DNA of 63,862 bases, the filler included. It is 5 parts of 5 records of this genome, joined end to end, with 100 filler letters (N's around TTAATTAATTAA, not from the genome) between each part and the next. Parts side by side here need not be neighbours in the genome. Positions count along the whole stretch, not along the records: positions 1 to 11,325 come from SRR22947727_235; 4 more parts are not named here. One strand, written 5' to 3'. The notes beneath the pieces are model-generated. The model saw nothing but the letters and a program-made list of their open reading frames with translations, made no database searches and was not told where the DNA came from. Made by a program: the position numbers and the translations under genes. Shown here piece after piece: positions 1 to 8,740 of this stretch. Position 1 is the stretch's first letter. Each line of letters begins with the position of its first letter.

Positions 1-185
1 TTCTTACTAGGTCTTTGATCTCTCATTGTTTTGTGTCTCATGAAACTAAATTCATCAGTATAAGCTTTAATCATCTTATTAACTGGCCCCTCGATTACGC
101 CTAGCATCTTTGGAACTTTGACTCCTTTAACATCTTCAATGACTGTCTTTGTGTAAAACTTCAAACCATATTTTTTATAGTCCAC
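1..185 (-). CDS. hypothetical protein of the mobile element (partial, runs off window edge)
   Basis: Not in the ORF track. AGGAGG RBS at the end of the prim-pol gene, GTG at 185, open frame MDYKKYGLKFYTKTVIEDVKGVKVPKMLGVIEGP... to position 1. Confidence 0.7.
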   Translation of the reverse strand, partial: MDYKKYGLKFYTKTVIEDVKGVKVPKMLGVIEGPVNKMIKAYTDEFSFMRHKTMRDQRPSK

Positions 186-187
186 TT

Positions 188-2287
188 CTAATTACCTCCT
201 CTCTTACTATCATGGTAAAATGGAACATAAGCTCTGCCAAGATCTCCAGCTTCCATTGCCATATATTTATCGTGATCCCTCAAGATCCATACTGTCGCCC
301 GATCTGCAACTGTAGTAATTGGTATTTGCTTTCTGCATCTTGCACCAAGTAACTCTAAAGCATTTGCAACTTCTCTTTCCCTAGTTACACGCAGGCGCTT
401 CTCAATTTTTAAGAATTCAAACAGCTCAACTGTTGTAAGCATATCCCGATCAAATGGGTGCACACCTTGCTCAAACTGCTCTCTAATAAAGTCATTTAAA
501 GGTCTATCTGCCATTCCTGACATTTGATTTCTATACTCTGTGTATGGTGCAACTGCTAAAGGATTGAATTTACTTAGATCTCTATTCAATAAATCAGCCA
601 AAACACCACCAGCAAGATTGTCATTTAATCTCTCATTATGGAACTGTTCCAACATTTTTTGATTTCTTTTTGCAGGACTGAAATATACCCAATACCTCAC
701 TTCATTTTTTGGAAGTGGGAAAGCATCTTTATAGTTTGTATTGATCCAATAATTAGTAATGGTGTCTTGCTCTGAATATTCTTTATACAGTTGTCTAACA
801 CCTATAGATCCCTCACTAATAATCGTTTTTAGAGTATTTATCAGTTGAGCTTTCTCACTCCAACTACCTGAACTCTTTGCTTCATCAATTAGAACTGTTT
901 GGTAATTTAATAAATAATTTTTACCTTTATCTAATGCTTCTGCTAACTCAATCTTTCTAGTGTTGTGATTACCCAACATATCTCTATGCAGGTCAAACAA
1001 ACTTCCTTTACCTAGCTGAAATTCATCTGATTGCATAATGATTGCATGTCTAATTTTAACACCAGGATTTTGTATTGGGTATGAATACCAATCTAAAAAA
1101 TGTTCTCTACATTCCTCATGTGGTATTACATGTTTTAACAAAGCCCAGAATATATCTGTATCTACTTTTGGATCTGGTTGTAGGTCATTCTTCTCATATA
1201 CATTTATCATGAGCTTTTTGTCTACATGCACAAATCTATTTGGATCATTTGGCTTATAAGTAAAATCTACACAAACCTTACTATCAGGGTGCATCTTCCA
1301 ATATTTTAATGGAGTATATTTGCTATTGAAGTGTTTAGCATATTTAACATCAATACTCTCTCCGTCGTACATCTCCTTATCCTCAAGATCATAGTATTTT
1401 TTTTGTTTCATCATGTAAGCAATTCTATTTACAAAATCATGAGTAAAAGTTGGTAAAGCACTTCGACCTGTTACAGCATATAAAGCATCTTTTAGATTAC
1501 TTATTTGCTTCTCAGTCCATTTTAAAGCTGTTGCAAGAGTTGGGAGTCCTACAATTTCTTTTTGTGGAGTATCAGATTTATAAACATGTTTAGCTTTTGC
1601 TAATCTACTATTTACTTCCTCATCATTTGCAGCATTACAAACTACTTCAATAATTTTTAATGCATCATCTTCATCAACTTTGTGGTGCCATAAAGTACCA
1701 GCAACTTGCCAGATATAAACATTCCTATCTCCAGTTGGATAGTTACGAAGTATAATTGAAGCTACTGCTAACATTGCAACAGATTTATACAGAGCATCAT
1801 AAGTAGTTTCTTTTATGGAACTGTAGTCAGTCCACTGTACATATTCTTCTTCTGCATATTTACCAGCACACATAGAGTAATGATCATGAGCTCTAAGCTC
1901 TACCAGTGTTTCTTTATCAATGTTTGGATCTTCAAAACTAAAAAATTTACGAGTATGCTTCTTAGTTAGATCTATAACTTTAAACAACCAATGTGATTGT
2001 GGATTACTTTGCCTACCATATTTCATATTAGTTGCAGGCAAGAAGTATGGAGCTAATTTAATGGCTTCAATACAGTCTAAATCAATATCAACAATGTTAT
2101 TGTCTCCAGTGATGATGTGATAATTTTTATATTCATCAACATCATCTACTGAATTAATTATTTGCTTACGTCTTTTTAACCAACTGGCTTTGACAGTTTT
2201 AGTTCCATAGTCATATGCAAATACAGTTACATTTGCAGTGATAAGAGCTGATAATGCTTCTTTATTTAACTTCAAAGGCTCCTGCAT
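188..2287 (-). CDS. bifunctional AEP primase-polymerase / PriCT-like domain / SF3 (NrS-1/DUF5906-type) helicase
   Basis: N-terminal AEP motifs DIDLD, SHWLF and ELR; helical PriCT-like segment (GDRNVYIWQVAGTLW...); C-terminal Walker A-like QLGKGS, Walker B VLIDE and motif C INTN. Confidence 0.85.
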   Translation of the reverse strand: MQEPLKLNKEALSALITANVTVFAYDYGTKTVKASWLKRRKQIINSVDDVDEYKNYHIITGDNNIVDIDLDCIEAIKLAPYFLPATNMKYGRQSNPQSHWLFKVIDLTKKHTRKFFSFEDPNIDKETLVELRAHDHYSMCAGKYAEEEYVQWTDYSSIKETTYDALYKSVAMLAVASIILRNYPTGDRNVYIWQVAGTLWHHKVDEDDALKIIEVVCNAANDEEVNSRLAKAKHVYKSDTPQKEIVGLPTLATALKWTEKQISNLKDALYAVTGRSALPTFTHDFVNRIAYMMKQKKYYDLEDKEMYDGESIDVKYAKHFNSKYTPLKYWKMHPDSKVCVDFTYKPNDPNRFVHVDKKLMINVYEKNDLQPDPKVDTDIFWALLKHVIPHEECREHFLDWYSYPIQNPGVKIRHAIIMQSDEFQLGKGSLFDLHRDMLGNHNTRKIELAEALDKGKNYLLNYQTVLIDEAKSSGSWSEKAQLINTLKTIISEGSIGVRQLYKEYSEQDTITNYWINTNYKDAFPLPKNEVRYWVYFSPAKRNQKMLEQFHNERLNDNLAGGVLADLLNRDLSKFNPLAVAPYTEYRNQMSGMADRPLNDFIREQFEQGVHPFDRDMLTTVELFEFLKIEKRLRVTREREVANALELLGARCRKQIPITTVADRATVWILRDHDKYMAMEAGDLGRAYVPFYHDSKRGGN

Positions 2288-2685
2288 TACTTCTCCCCCT
2301 TACCAAGTGACATCCGTAATAGTCGATTAACTAAAGCTCTTTCATCAGAGCTCAAACTATCAATAGTTATATCTTTATCAAATGATCCGCTTAGATTTTT
2401 TTCTTTAGGTTTGATGTCTTTATACTTCGTAAGATCTATCGGGAACTGGATAATCTTTCCACCTCCTGCATAACTTAAACGTTTGAAGTAATCATCATCT
2501 TTAGAATTTAACCAAGCATCAAATGACATATCTGGTGCTTCTTCTAAATGTATCAACTTCAAAGTGTTTAATATATCTTCATCATTATCAAATTTTAAGT
2601 CTACGACATCTTTCTTTGCTAGTTTATCTAACTCAGTTTTTGTTAATGTATTATTAGTGCTTTCAACATTGTTTTTAGTTTGCAT
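2287..2685 (-). CDS. hypothetical protein (phage/satellite-like)
   Basis: 132 aa; GGAGG RBS; overlaps both neighbours in operon fashion; no recognisable motif. Confidence 0.7.
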   Translation of the reverse strand: MQTKNNVESTNNTLTKTELDKLAKKDVVDLKFDNDEDILNTLKLIHLEEAPDMSFDAWLNSKDDDYFKRLSYAGGGKIIQFPIDLTKYKDIKPKEKNLSGSFDKDITIDSLSSDERALVNRLLRMSLGKGEK

Positions 2686-3109
2686 TATTGTTTACCTCCT
2701 CTCTTGCCAATAAAATGCTTTCTTTTAGCTCAGCAACTTCATCAATTTTTTGAGAGATAACATCTTCTGCAGTCTCCAACTCATGCTCTAATTTCATGAT
2801 TGTTGCTTTCTGATTATTAAGACGTTCAACTGCATCTTTTTTAACATGGTCAAGCTCTAGCTTTTCTTTTGTTCTATTATTTTCACTTGCCAGAATTGCA
2901 TTACCAAGATCTTGAATAACGTTAGCTTGTTTTACTACTAACCCTTTCAGAGCTTTATAATCTACTCGGCCATGTTCACATGTTGTATTTGCGTCTCTTT
3001 TACTTTGAGGTCTTATCCAAAACCACTTCTCCATAATCTTTCTTATTGTTGGACTATGGCTAAATGACTCCCAATAACTTTGTTTAACTTTCAGCTTTGA
3101 TTTACTCAT
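2675..3109 (-). CDS. hypothetical coiled-coil protein (phage/satellite-like)
   Basis: 144 aa; heptad-rich C-terminal half; GGAGG RBS; TAATG stop/start coupling with the upstream gene. Confidence 0.7.
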   Translation of the reverse strand: MSKSKLKVKQSYWESFSHSPTIRKIMEKWFWIRPQSKRDANTTCEHGRVDYKALKGLVVKQANVIQDLGNAILASENNRTKEKLELDHVKKDAVERLNNQKATIMKLEHELETAEDVISQKIDEVAELKESILLAREEVNNNAN

Positions 3110-3333
3110 TATTTACCCTCCAACAATTTAGTCAGCTCAGGTGGTAACGAGATATCAATATTCATTGGCTCACTCTTAGCTTTAAAATCAAACTCTAATT
3201 GTTTCGGTTTGGTTTTTTTAACTATTGCTGGTTTCAAATAATTCTCCAGCTCTTGTCTTTCCTTATGGGTGTGATCATCATATTTTAATGATGCTGCAAC
3301 TATCTGTCTGTTCATATCAAAAGGTCTACTCAT
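3109..3333 (-). CDS. hypothetical protein; start revised to MSRPFDMN
   Basis: GGAGG (3340-3344) lies 6 nt upstream of ATG 3333, which overlaps the end of the upstream gene. Confidence 0.65.
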   Translation of the reverse strand: MSRPFDMNRQIVAASLKYDDHTHKERQELENYLKPAIVKKTKPKQLEFDFKAKSEPMNIDISLPPELTKLLEGK

Positions 3334-3682
3334 CATCAGCCTCCGTATTTTGGAATGGAACTTCAATGCCATTTTCTTTTGCAATTTCTTCTAACTTGCA
3401 AATTTTTCCCCATGCAACTTCATCAACTTTATCTGCAATCTTTTTGCCACGAGCACGAGACTCATGAATTTCAAAGTCTTTCAACTTTCTATTATTGCTG
3501 TTGCTGTTTGGGTATTTAGTAAAAGCTTCGTCAAGGTTTCTAACTGCTCTACGTAACTCTTGTCTTACCACTCTCATCATGTGGTGGTAACCCTTTACTA
3601 CTTTTGCATATTGTTCTTGTGATATAGATCTATCGCTATTGTGACCAAGTCTCACAATATTATCTTTTCTTTTTGGTTCCAT
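3326..3682 (-). CDS. hypothetical protein, first large gene of the element operon
   Basis: 118 aa; AGGAG RBS at 3691-3695. Confidence 0.7.
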   Translation of the reverse strand: MEPKRKDNIVRLGHNSDRSISQEQYAKVVKGYHHMMRVVRQELRRAVRNLDEAFTKYPNSNSNNRKLKDFEIHESRARGKKIADKVDEVAWGKICKLEEIAKENGIEVPFQNTEADDE

Positions 3683-3697
3683 GGTTAGGACTCCTGT

Positions 3698-4187
3698 AAA
3701 TTATGCAACATCCTACCGGGTGGTTAGTCCGGTAGTTGTTACGTTATAATTTCATCAGGCTAAAAATGGATCGATGAAAGCTGTAATAGTTTGAACTTGA
3801 GGGAAGATTAGGATTATGGTGGCCACCGTTAATCCCATGAATTCTGTTGTGATATTCAAAGTCTAATCCTCTTTCTATAAATATACTCATCATATTAACC
3901 TTTTTTAAGCCTGTTATTTTAAAACCGTGGAATTGTTTTCTGAGCTAAATTCTCAAACGCTCATTCTATTACTAAATGGCTTTCGGGCATCAATCATGAG
4001 CAACTTACGTATGTTAAGCTAGACCGAATAAGGTTAGATCCCTTGTCAGCATAAGTTTCAATCAAAACCCTATTAGAAAACTAATGCTCTAGTTACTTAT
4101 GCCTAAGCAACATGTACATATATAACATTTATATTTTATGTTTCAAGATTGGGAGAATATAGGAGACATAATTGAGTCACATTCTCC
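3698..4187 (-). ncRNA. candidate structured leader / ncRNA upstream of the replication operon
   Basis: Many inverted-repeat stems, e.g. CTACCGG 3713-3719/CCGGTAG 3729-3735, GATTAG 3806-3811/CTAATC 3863-3868, GCTCAT 3959-3964/ATGAGC 3996-4001, GCATAAGT 4049-4056/ACTTATGC 4095-4102, GGAGAAT 4152-4158/ATTCTCC 4181-4187. Confidence 0.45.
3755..3859 (-). CDS. candidate 34-aa hydrophobic peptide
   Basis: GAGGA SD 7 nt before TTG; MNITTEFMGLTVATIILIFPQVQTITAFIDPFLA*. Confidence 0.35.
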   Translation of the reverse strand: MNITTEFMGLTVATIILIFPQVQTITAFIDPFLA

Positions 4188-4306
4188 TTAAATTAGTGAG
4201 TCGTTTAGCCACTTATTTTAGATGTTTGTGAAATTAATAATTATTAAAAATTATGATTAAAAAAGCCTGAGGCGTGACTAGTGATGCTCAATCAATACCG
4301 TTTTGT

Positions 4307-4465
4307 CTATTTTCTATTTCTAGTTTTGTTATTTAAACGTTCACCATATTCTCTTATTTTTTGGTGTTCTTTTTGCTGAATTTGTTTTTTTTTCCTAATC
4401 TTTAAAACAAAAAGAATAATGAGGATTAGTAATAAAATACCAATACTTAATAATATTATATTCAC
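4307..4465 (-). CDS. candidate 52-aa single-pass membrane protein
   Basis: GTG start; MNIILLSIGILLLILIILFVLKIRKKKQIQQKEHQKIREYGERLNNKTRNRK*: a TM helix followed by a basic tail. Confidence 0.5.
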   Translation of the reverse strand: MNIILLSIGILLLILIILFVLKIRKKKQIQQKEHQKIREYGERLNNKTRNRK

Positions 4466-4741
4466 TGATTTGAAAGATATAAAGCTATTGCTAATAAAAT
4501 ATCTATAATAATTAATACTTCCACATTTAATCTTTCTTATTAATTTCTTCCTCAGTCAAAAAAAAACTAAGTGAGTCAACTCGATCTATCTCATCATAAT
4601 TTTTTATAAAATTTTTTTGCCTTTCAATAAAGTAATTTAATATTTTTTAGGGGAATGTTTTCAGGACAACATCACAACTATGTTCGAGACACTGTGTCGC
4701 TAACCAAGGGCAGAAACACACTTTTACAATCGACAACTAAC

Positions 4742-5926
4742 TCAAGCGATTTCAAACAACGCTGCGGCCCCCATGCCTCCGCCAACACACATGGAGGTCA
4801 CCACATATTTTACGCCACGACGCCTCCCCTCAAGCAGAACGTGCCCAACTTGTCTCGCGCCCGTCATGCCGTAGGGGTGGCCAATCGAAATGGCGCCGCC
4901 ATTCACGTTGTAGATTTCGGGATCGATCCCAAGATGGTCGCGGCAATACAGAACCTGGCAAGCAAAGGCTTCGTTAAGCTCCCAAAGGCCGATGTCTTCG
5001 ATCCGGAGACCTGCATTCTTCAGCAGCTTTGGAATTGCAAAGATCGGGCCGACCCCCATCTCTTCCGGTGCGTTTCCTGCAACTGCCATACCGCGATAGA
5101 TACCTAGCGGTCTGAGGCCCTGCTGCTCAGCCATCTTGCCTTCCATGAGCACACAAGCCGAGGCCCCGTCAGAAAGTTGGCTTGCGTTTCCGGCCGTGAT
5201 CACGCCGCCTTCGACAACCGGATTCAACTGGCCAAGTGTTTCGGCCGTCGAACCCGGCCGATTGCCTTCGTCTTTTGACAAGGTCACCTCTTCCTGGGTT
5301 TCCTCTTCGGTTTCACGGTTCTTGACCCGCTTTATCGCATTGATCGGGACGATCTCGTCTTCAAAGACGCCAGCTGCCTTTGCATGTGCAGTTCGTTCCT
5401 GCGACAGTGCTGCGTATTCATCCTGGGCGTCACGGCTTATCCCATAGGTCCGAGCCACATTTTCTGCCGTCATCAGCATCGGCATATAGGCATGCTCAGA
5501 TTGGGCGATAACGTTTGGATCTTTCTCATCGCCCGCCCATTTCAGATAGGCATTCTGCAGGGCGGAAATATTCTCCTGCCCGCCAGCCACGGCAACGTTC
5601 TGACCATCCACGATGATCTGCTTTGCAGCCGTCGCAATGGCCATCAACCCAGAGGAGCATTGTCTATCGATCGTCTGTCCTGCCACCGTATTGGGAAGGC
5701 CCGCAGCCAGCGCCGACAAACGAGCGACATTCATGCCTGCTGTTCCCGCAGTCAGGACCGATCCGATGACAACATCTTCGATCAAACCGGGGTCCACGCC
5801 TGCACGTTCAACCGCGTGCTGAATGGCGTGCCCCATCATGGTAGGGGACTTGATGTTGTTCAGCGCACCTTTGAAGGCAACCCCAATGGGGGTTCGTGCG
5901 GTTGAGACGATAACGGCTTTTCTCAT
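4742..5926 (-). CDS. acetyl-CoA C-acyltransferase (thiolase)
   Basis: RQCSSG catalytic Cys, NEAF, GHPYG and MCVGGGMG motifs. Confidence 0.97.
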   Translation of the reverse strand: MRKAVIVSTARTPIGVAFKGALNNIKSPTMMGHAIQHAVERAGVDPGLIEDVVIGSVLTAGTAGMNVARLSALAAGLPNTVAGQTIDRQCSSGLMAIATAAKQIIVDGQNVAVAGGQENISALQNAYLKWAGDEKDPNVIAQSEHAYMPMLMTAENVARTYGISRDAQDEYAALSQERTAHAKAAGVFEDEIVPINAIKRVKNRETEEETQEEVTLSKDEGNRPGSTAETLGQLNPVVEGGVITAGNASQLSDGASACVLMEGKMAEQQGLRPLGIYRGMAVAGNAPEEMGVGPIFAIPKLLKNAGLRIEDIGLWELNEAFACQVLYCRDHLGIDPEIYNVNGGAISIGHPYGMTGARQVGHVLLEGRRRGVKYVVTSMCVGGGMGAAALFEIA

Positions 5927-8043
5927 GATTTTTCCTTTTTGGCATCAAAATGTGCGTCAAGTGTCACGCCCGAGGTTGCAAGTTGTTCCAGCAAAGGCGC
6001 AGGCGTGAACCACATCTCACCATAGGCACCTAGCGACTGCCGATAGTGGGTCATGCGTTCCAAAATCTGACTTAATCCAATCTCGTCAGCATAGTGCATT
6101 GGGCCGCCGCGCCAGTTTGGGAAGCCATAGCCATTGACCCAGATCAGGTCGCAATCACCCGGGCGCGTTGCAATTTCCTCTTCAAGGATCAAGAAGCCCT
6201 CGTTGATCAGGGGGAAAAGACAACGCTCAAGGATTTCCTGATCGTCGATTTCCCTGCGCTTCACGCCATGAAAGTCCGCCAAATGGGCACTGATTTGAAC
6301 AATCTCTGGGTCTTCGACCCGTGTCCGCCCCTCGTAGACATAGCTTCCTCGCCCGGTTTTCTGACCCAGTCGGCCTAGTTCAAACAACCTGTCCTGCACA
6401 GCCTGGTATGTCGGGTCATGCGCGATTTCACTACGCCGTTCCTGGCGCACGCGTGCGCCCACATCGACTCCGGCCAGATCTGCCATCGCATGAATACCCA
6501 TGGCCATGCCGAAGCCTTCAAGGACGTCATCCACCTGTTTCGGCGTCGCCCCCTCTAGAAGCAGACGGGATCCTTCGCGGAAGTATGGTTCCAGCATCCG
6601 GTTTCCAACAAAGCCGTAGCACACGCCAACCGTGACAGGGAGCTTTCGGATCTTCTTTGCGACCGTGATTGCCGTTGCAATGACATCGGGAGCGGTCTTG
6701 GCGCCGCGCACCACCTCCAGCAAGCGCATGACATTGGCCGGGCTGAAGAAATGGAGACCAATCACATCCTCCGGACGGGATGTGACTGCGGCGATTTCAT
6801 CAAGATCCAATGTCGATGTGTTTGAGGCCAGTATCGCGCCAGGTTTTGCGTGTCGGTCTAGGGCTTCAAAAATCTGGCGTTTGACATCCATGCTTTCAAA
6901 CGCCGCTTCAATGATGAGGTCGGCCTCTGCAAGGTCGCCGTAGCTGAGCGTCCCGGTGGCGTTGGCGGCAATTGCCTCTGCCCGATCGGCACTGAGCCGA
7001 CCTTTTTGGCTCGCGCGCTGGAAATGCTCTCGGACCTTTTCCAGTCCCAGTTCCAGCGCGCCTTGCGCAGTTTCCAGAAGAATGACCGGATACCCAGCCT
7101 GAAGAAAAGCGATGGCAATGCCACGACCCATTGTTCCGGCACCAATCACGGCGACCGATGTAATGTCACGTGGCTGATCCGCACGGGTAACACCCGGAAT
7201 CTTTGTGCATTCACGCTCTGCAAAGAACAGGTGACGCCCCGCGCGCGATTGAGGTGTGTCGAGCAGTTCGGCGAAACCTGCCTTCTCTTGTGCCAACCCC
7301 TCGGCCAGCGGCATTTCGCACGCGGCCTCGATCGACACCAAACATCGTTCAGGGGCGACAAGGTTTTTGGACGTGTGCGCTATCTGGTCTCGGAAACTCG
7401 TCAGATATCCCTTCGGATCAGAGTGTGTGACGGTCATATCCATGCAATTGCGCCTCAGACCGCCCTCTTGGATTACACGGGTGGCGAAGCCCAAAACATG
7501 CGCGCGAAAATCCTGGTCGTTCTCAAGCAGCGCGTCGACCAGCCCACAAGACAGGGCATATTCGCCTTTCACGGGATCACCGGAAAGGATCATTTGCGTC
7601 GCCGCTTCCAGCCCGGCAATCCGTGGCAGCCTTTGGGTCCCCCCGGCGCCTGGCAACAGCCCCAGCTTGATCTCTGGCAGCCCCATCACTGCGTCCGGCG
7701 TGGCGACACGGTAATCACAGGCAAGCGCGATCTCCAGCGCACCACCCATCGCAGGGCCTGCAATTGCCGCGATAACAGGAGTCCGGCAGGTTTCAATCGT
7801 GACACACAGCTCTGGAAGGTCCGGCTTGTCCCATAGTGCGCCTGTGCTAAACTCGACAATATCAGCGCCGCCGCAAAAGAGCGGCAGGGCCGAGCATAGA
7901 ACGATCGCTTTGACCTGTTCATCGGCATCCAACTCGTGAATGGCGCTCAATAACGCCTGCCGCATCTTCAGGCTAAGAGCATTCACTGGCGGGGCATTCA
8001 GCTCAATGAAAGCGAAGCCCTCGGTGTGTTTAATGGAAATCAT
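5923..8043 (-). CDS. enoyl-CoA hydratase / 3-hydroxyacyl-CoA dehydrogenase (FadB/FadJ-like multifunctional enzyme)
   Basis: Crotonase motifs (GGALEIALACDYR, PEIKLGLLPGAGGTQRLPR), Rossmann GAGTMG, SNTS, HFFSPA. Start moved to ATG 8043 (GAGG SD, directly after the upstream stop). Confidence 0.95.
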   Translation of the reverse strand: MISIKHTEGFAFIELNAPPVNALSLKMRQALLSAIHELDADEQVKAIVLCSALPLFCGGADIVEFSTGALWDKPDLPELCVTIETCRTPVIAAIAGPAMGGALEIALACDYRVATPDAVMGLPEIKLGLLPGAGGTQRLPRIAGLEAATQMILSGDPVKGEYALSCGLVDALLENDQDFRAHVLGFATRVIQEGGLRRNCMDMTVTHSDPKGYLTSFRDQIAHTSKNLVAPERCLVSIEAACEMPLAEGLAQEKAGFAELLDTPQSRAGRHLFFAERECTKIPGVTRADQPRDITSVAVIGAGTMGRGIAIAFLQAGYPVILLETAQGALELGLEKVREHFQRASQKGRLSADRAEAIAANATGTLSYGDLAEADLIIEAAFESMDVKRQIFEALDRHAKPGAILASNTSTLDLDEIAAVTSRPEDVIGLHFFSPANVMRLLEVVRGAKTAPDVIATAITVAKKIRKLPVTVGVCYGFVGNRMLEPYFREGSRLLLEGATPKQVDDVLEGFGMAMGIHAMADLAGVDVGARVRQERRSEIAHDPTYQAVQDRLFELGRLGQKTGRGSYVYEGRTRVEDPEIVQISAHLADFHGVKRREIDDQEILERCLFPLINEGFLILEEEIATRPGDCDLIWVNGYGFPNWRGGPMHYADEIGLSQILERMTHYRQSLGAYGEMWFTPAPLLEQLATSGVTLDAHFDAKKEKS

Positions 8044-8044
8044 G

Positions 8045-8740
8045 TCAGGAAACCTCAATAGGTTGTTTGGCAAGATCCTGTTCGATCTCTGCCCAGTCGT
8101 CGAAATGGATTACATTGCAGGGTGAATTCACGTTTTCGAGCCATACAAAAACGGAGATGAATGGCGGGTCATATACTCGAGTGGCGTGGGGGGCGCCCGG
8201 CTCGTTCCAGATTAGAGATCCAGCCGGATAATCCTTCCATTCATGAGTGCCAAACCGCCAACCAGATTTCTCTGACAAGTTCACATATAACTCTGGCGCA
8301 TCGTGGTTGTGGTCGCGATATAGCGTCCTTGGGCCCAGCATGAAAATGCCAAGACTGAAATCGGGATGGTGATGACCGCATGCATCTGGTCCGATGAGTA
8401 GGGTATGCAAGTTACATTTTGTGTATCCCTCTCCTAGATCGGCACCGGGGGGGTAGAATTGTGCGTTGTCCTCTCGCCAGACCAGATCGTTCTGGGCGGC
8501 TTTCAGGCAGTCTGAGATTTCCTGCAATTCGGGAGCGACAATCCCCTCGATAGCATTCTTTAGAACCGCATCATGTCGGGTTCCCTGTGGAGGTAAGTCA
8601 ATGAGCCTCTCGTTTGATAGATCCATGGCTGCCAGCTTGTTTAACGCCAGTTCAACGCCCTGCACGGTCGCTTTACGAGCTTCCAAATAGTGGACAATGG
8701 ACCGAATAAGCGCCTGAATGCGACGTTGTTTGTTTGTCAT
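8045..8740 (-). CDS. DMSP-lyase-family cupin (DddQ/DddL-like)
   Basis: Cupin motifs YRDHNHDAPELY and PAGSLIWNEPGAPHATRV...PFISVFVW match the pattern of DddQ/DddL-type lyases; substrate not proven. Confidence 0.8.
   Translation of the reverse strand: MTNKQRRIQALIRSIVHYLEARKATVQGVELALNKLAAMDLSNERLIDLPPQGTRHDAVLKNAIEGIVAPELQEISDCLKAAQNDLVWREDNAQFYPPGADLGEGYTKCNLHTLLIGPDACGHHHPDFSLGIFMLGPRTLYRDHNHDAPELYVNLSEKSGWRFGTHEWKDYPAGSLIWNEPGAPHATRVYDPPFISVFVWLENVNSPCNVIHFDDWAEIEQDLAKQPIEVS

Larger units (their letters stand above)
1..4650 (-). mobile_element. phage/phage-satellite/plasmid-like replication module (incomplete; no integrase or structural gene in the window)
   Basis: Tightly coupled small hypothetical genes leading into a prim-pol/SF3 helicase, all on the minus strand with strong SD sites. 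Confidence 0.65.

Noticed and set aside
3752-3758. CUGAUGA on the minus strand, suggesting a hammerhead ribozyme
   Set aside because: It is followed by a long stem but not by the required GAAA core or a matching stem I/III; it is also the TGA-TGA end of the small ORF.
4171-4580. Recurrent TGAGTC/GTGACT words (4173, 4197, 4274, 4572) as iterons or CRISPR repeats
   Set aside because: Only 6-7 nt, irregularly spaced, with no repeat-spacer periodicity; no cas genes in the window.
8045-8740. Assigning the symbols dddQ to the cupin and dmdB to the neighbouring ligase
   Set aside because: Motifs support family membership only; orthology and substrate cannot be established by eye.
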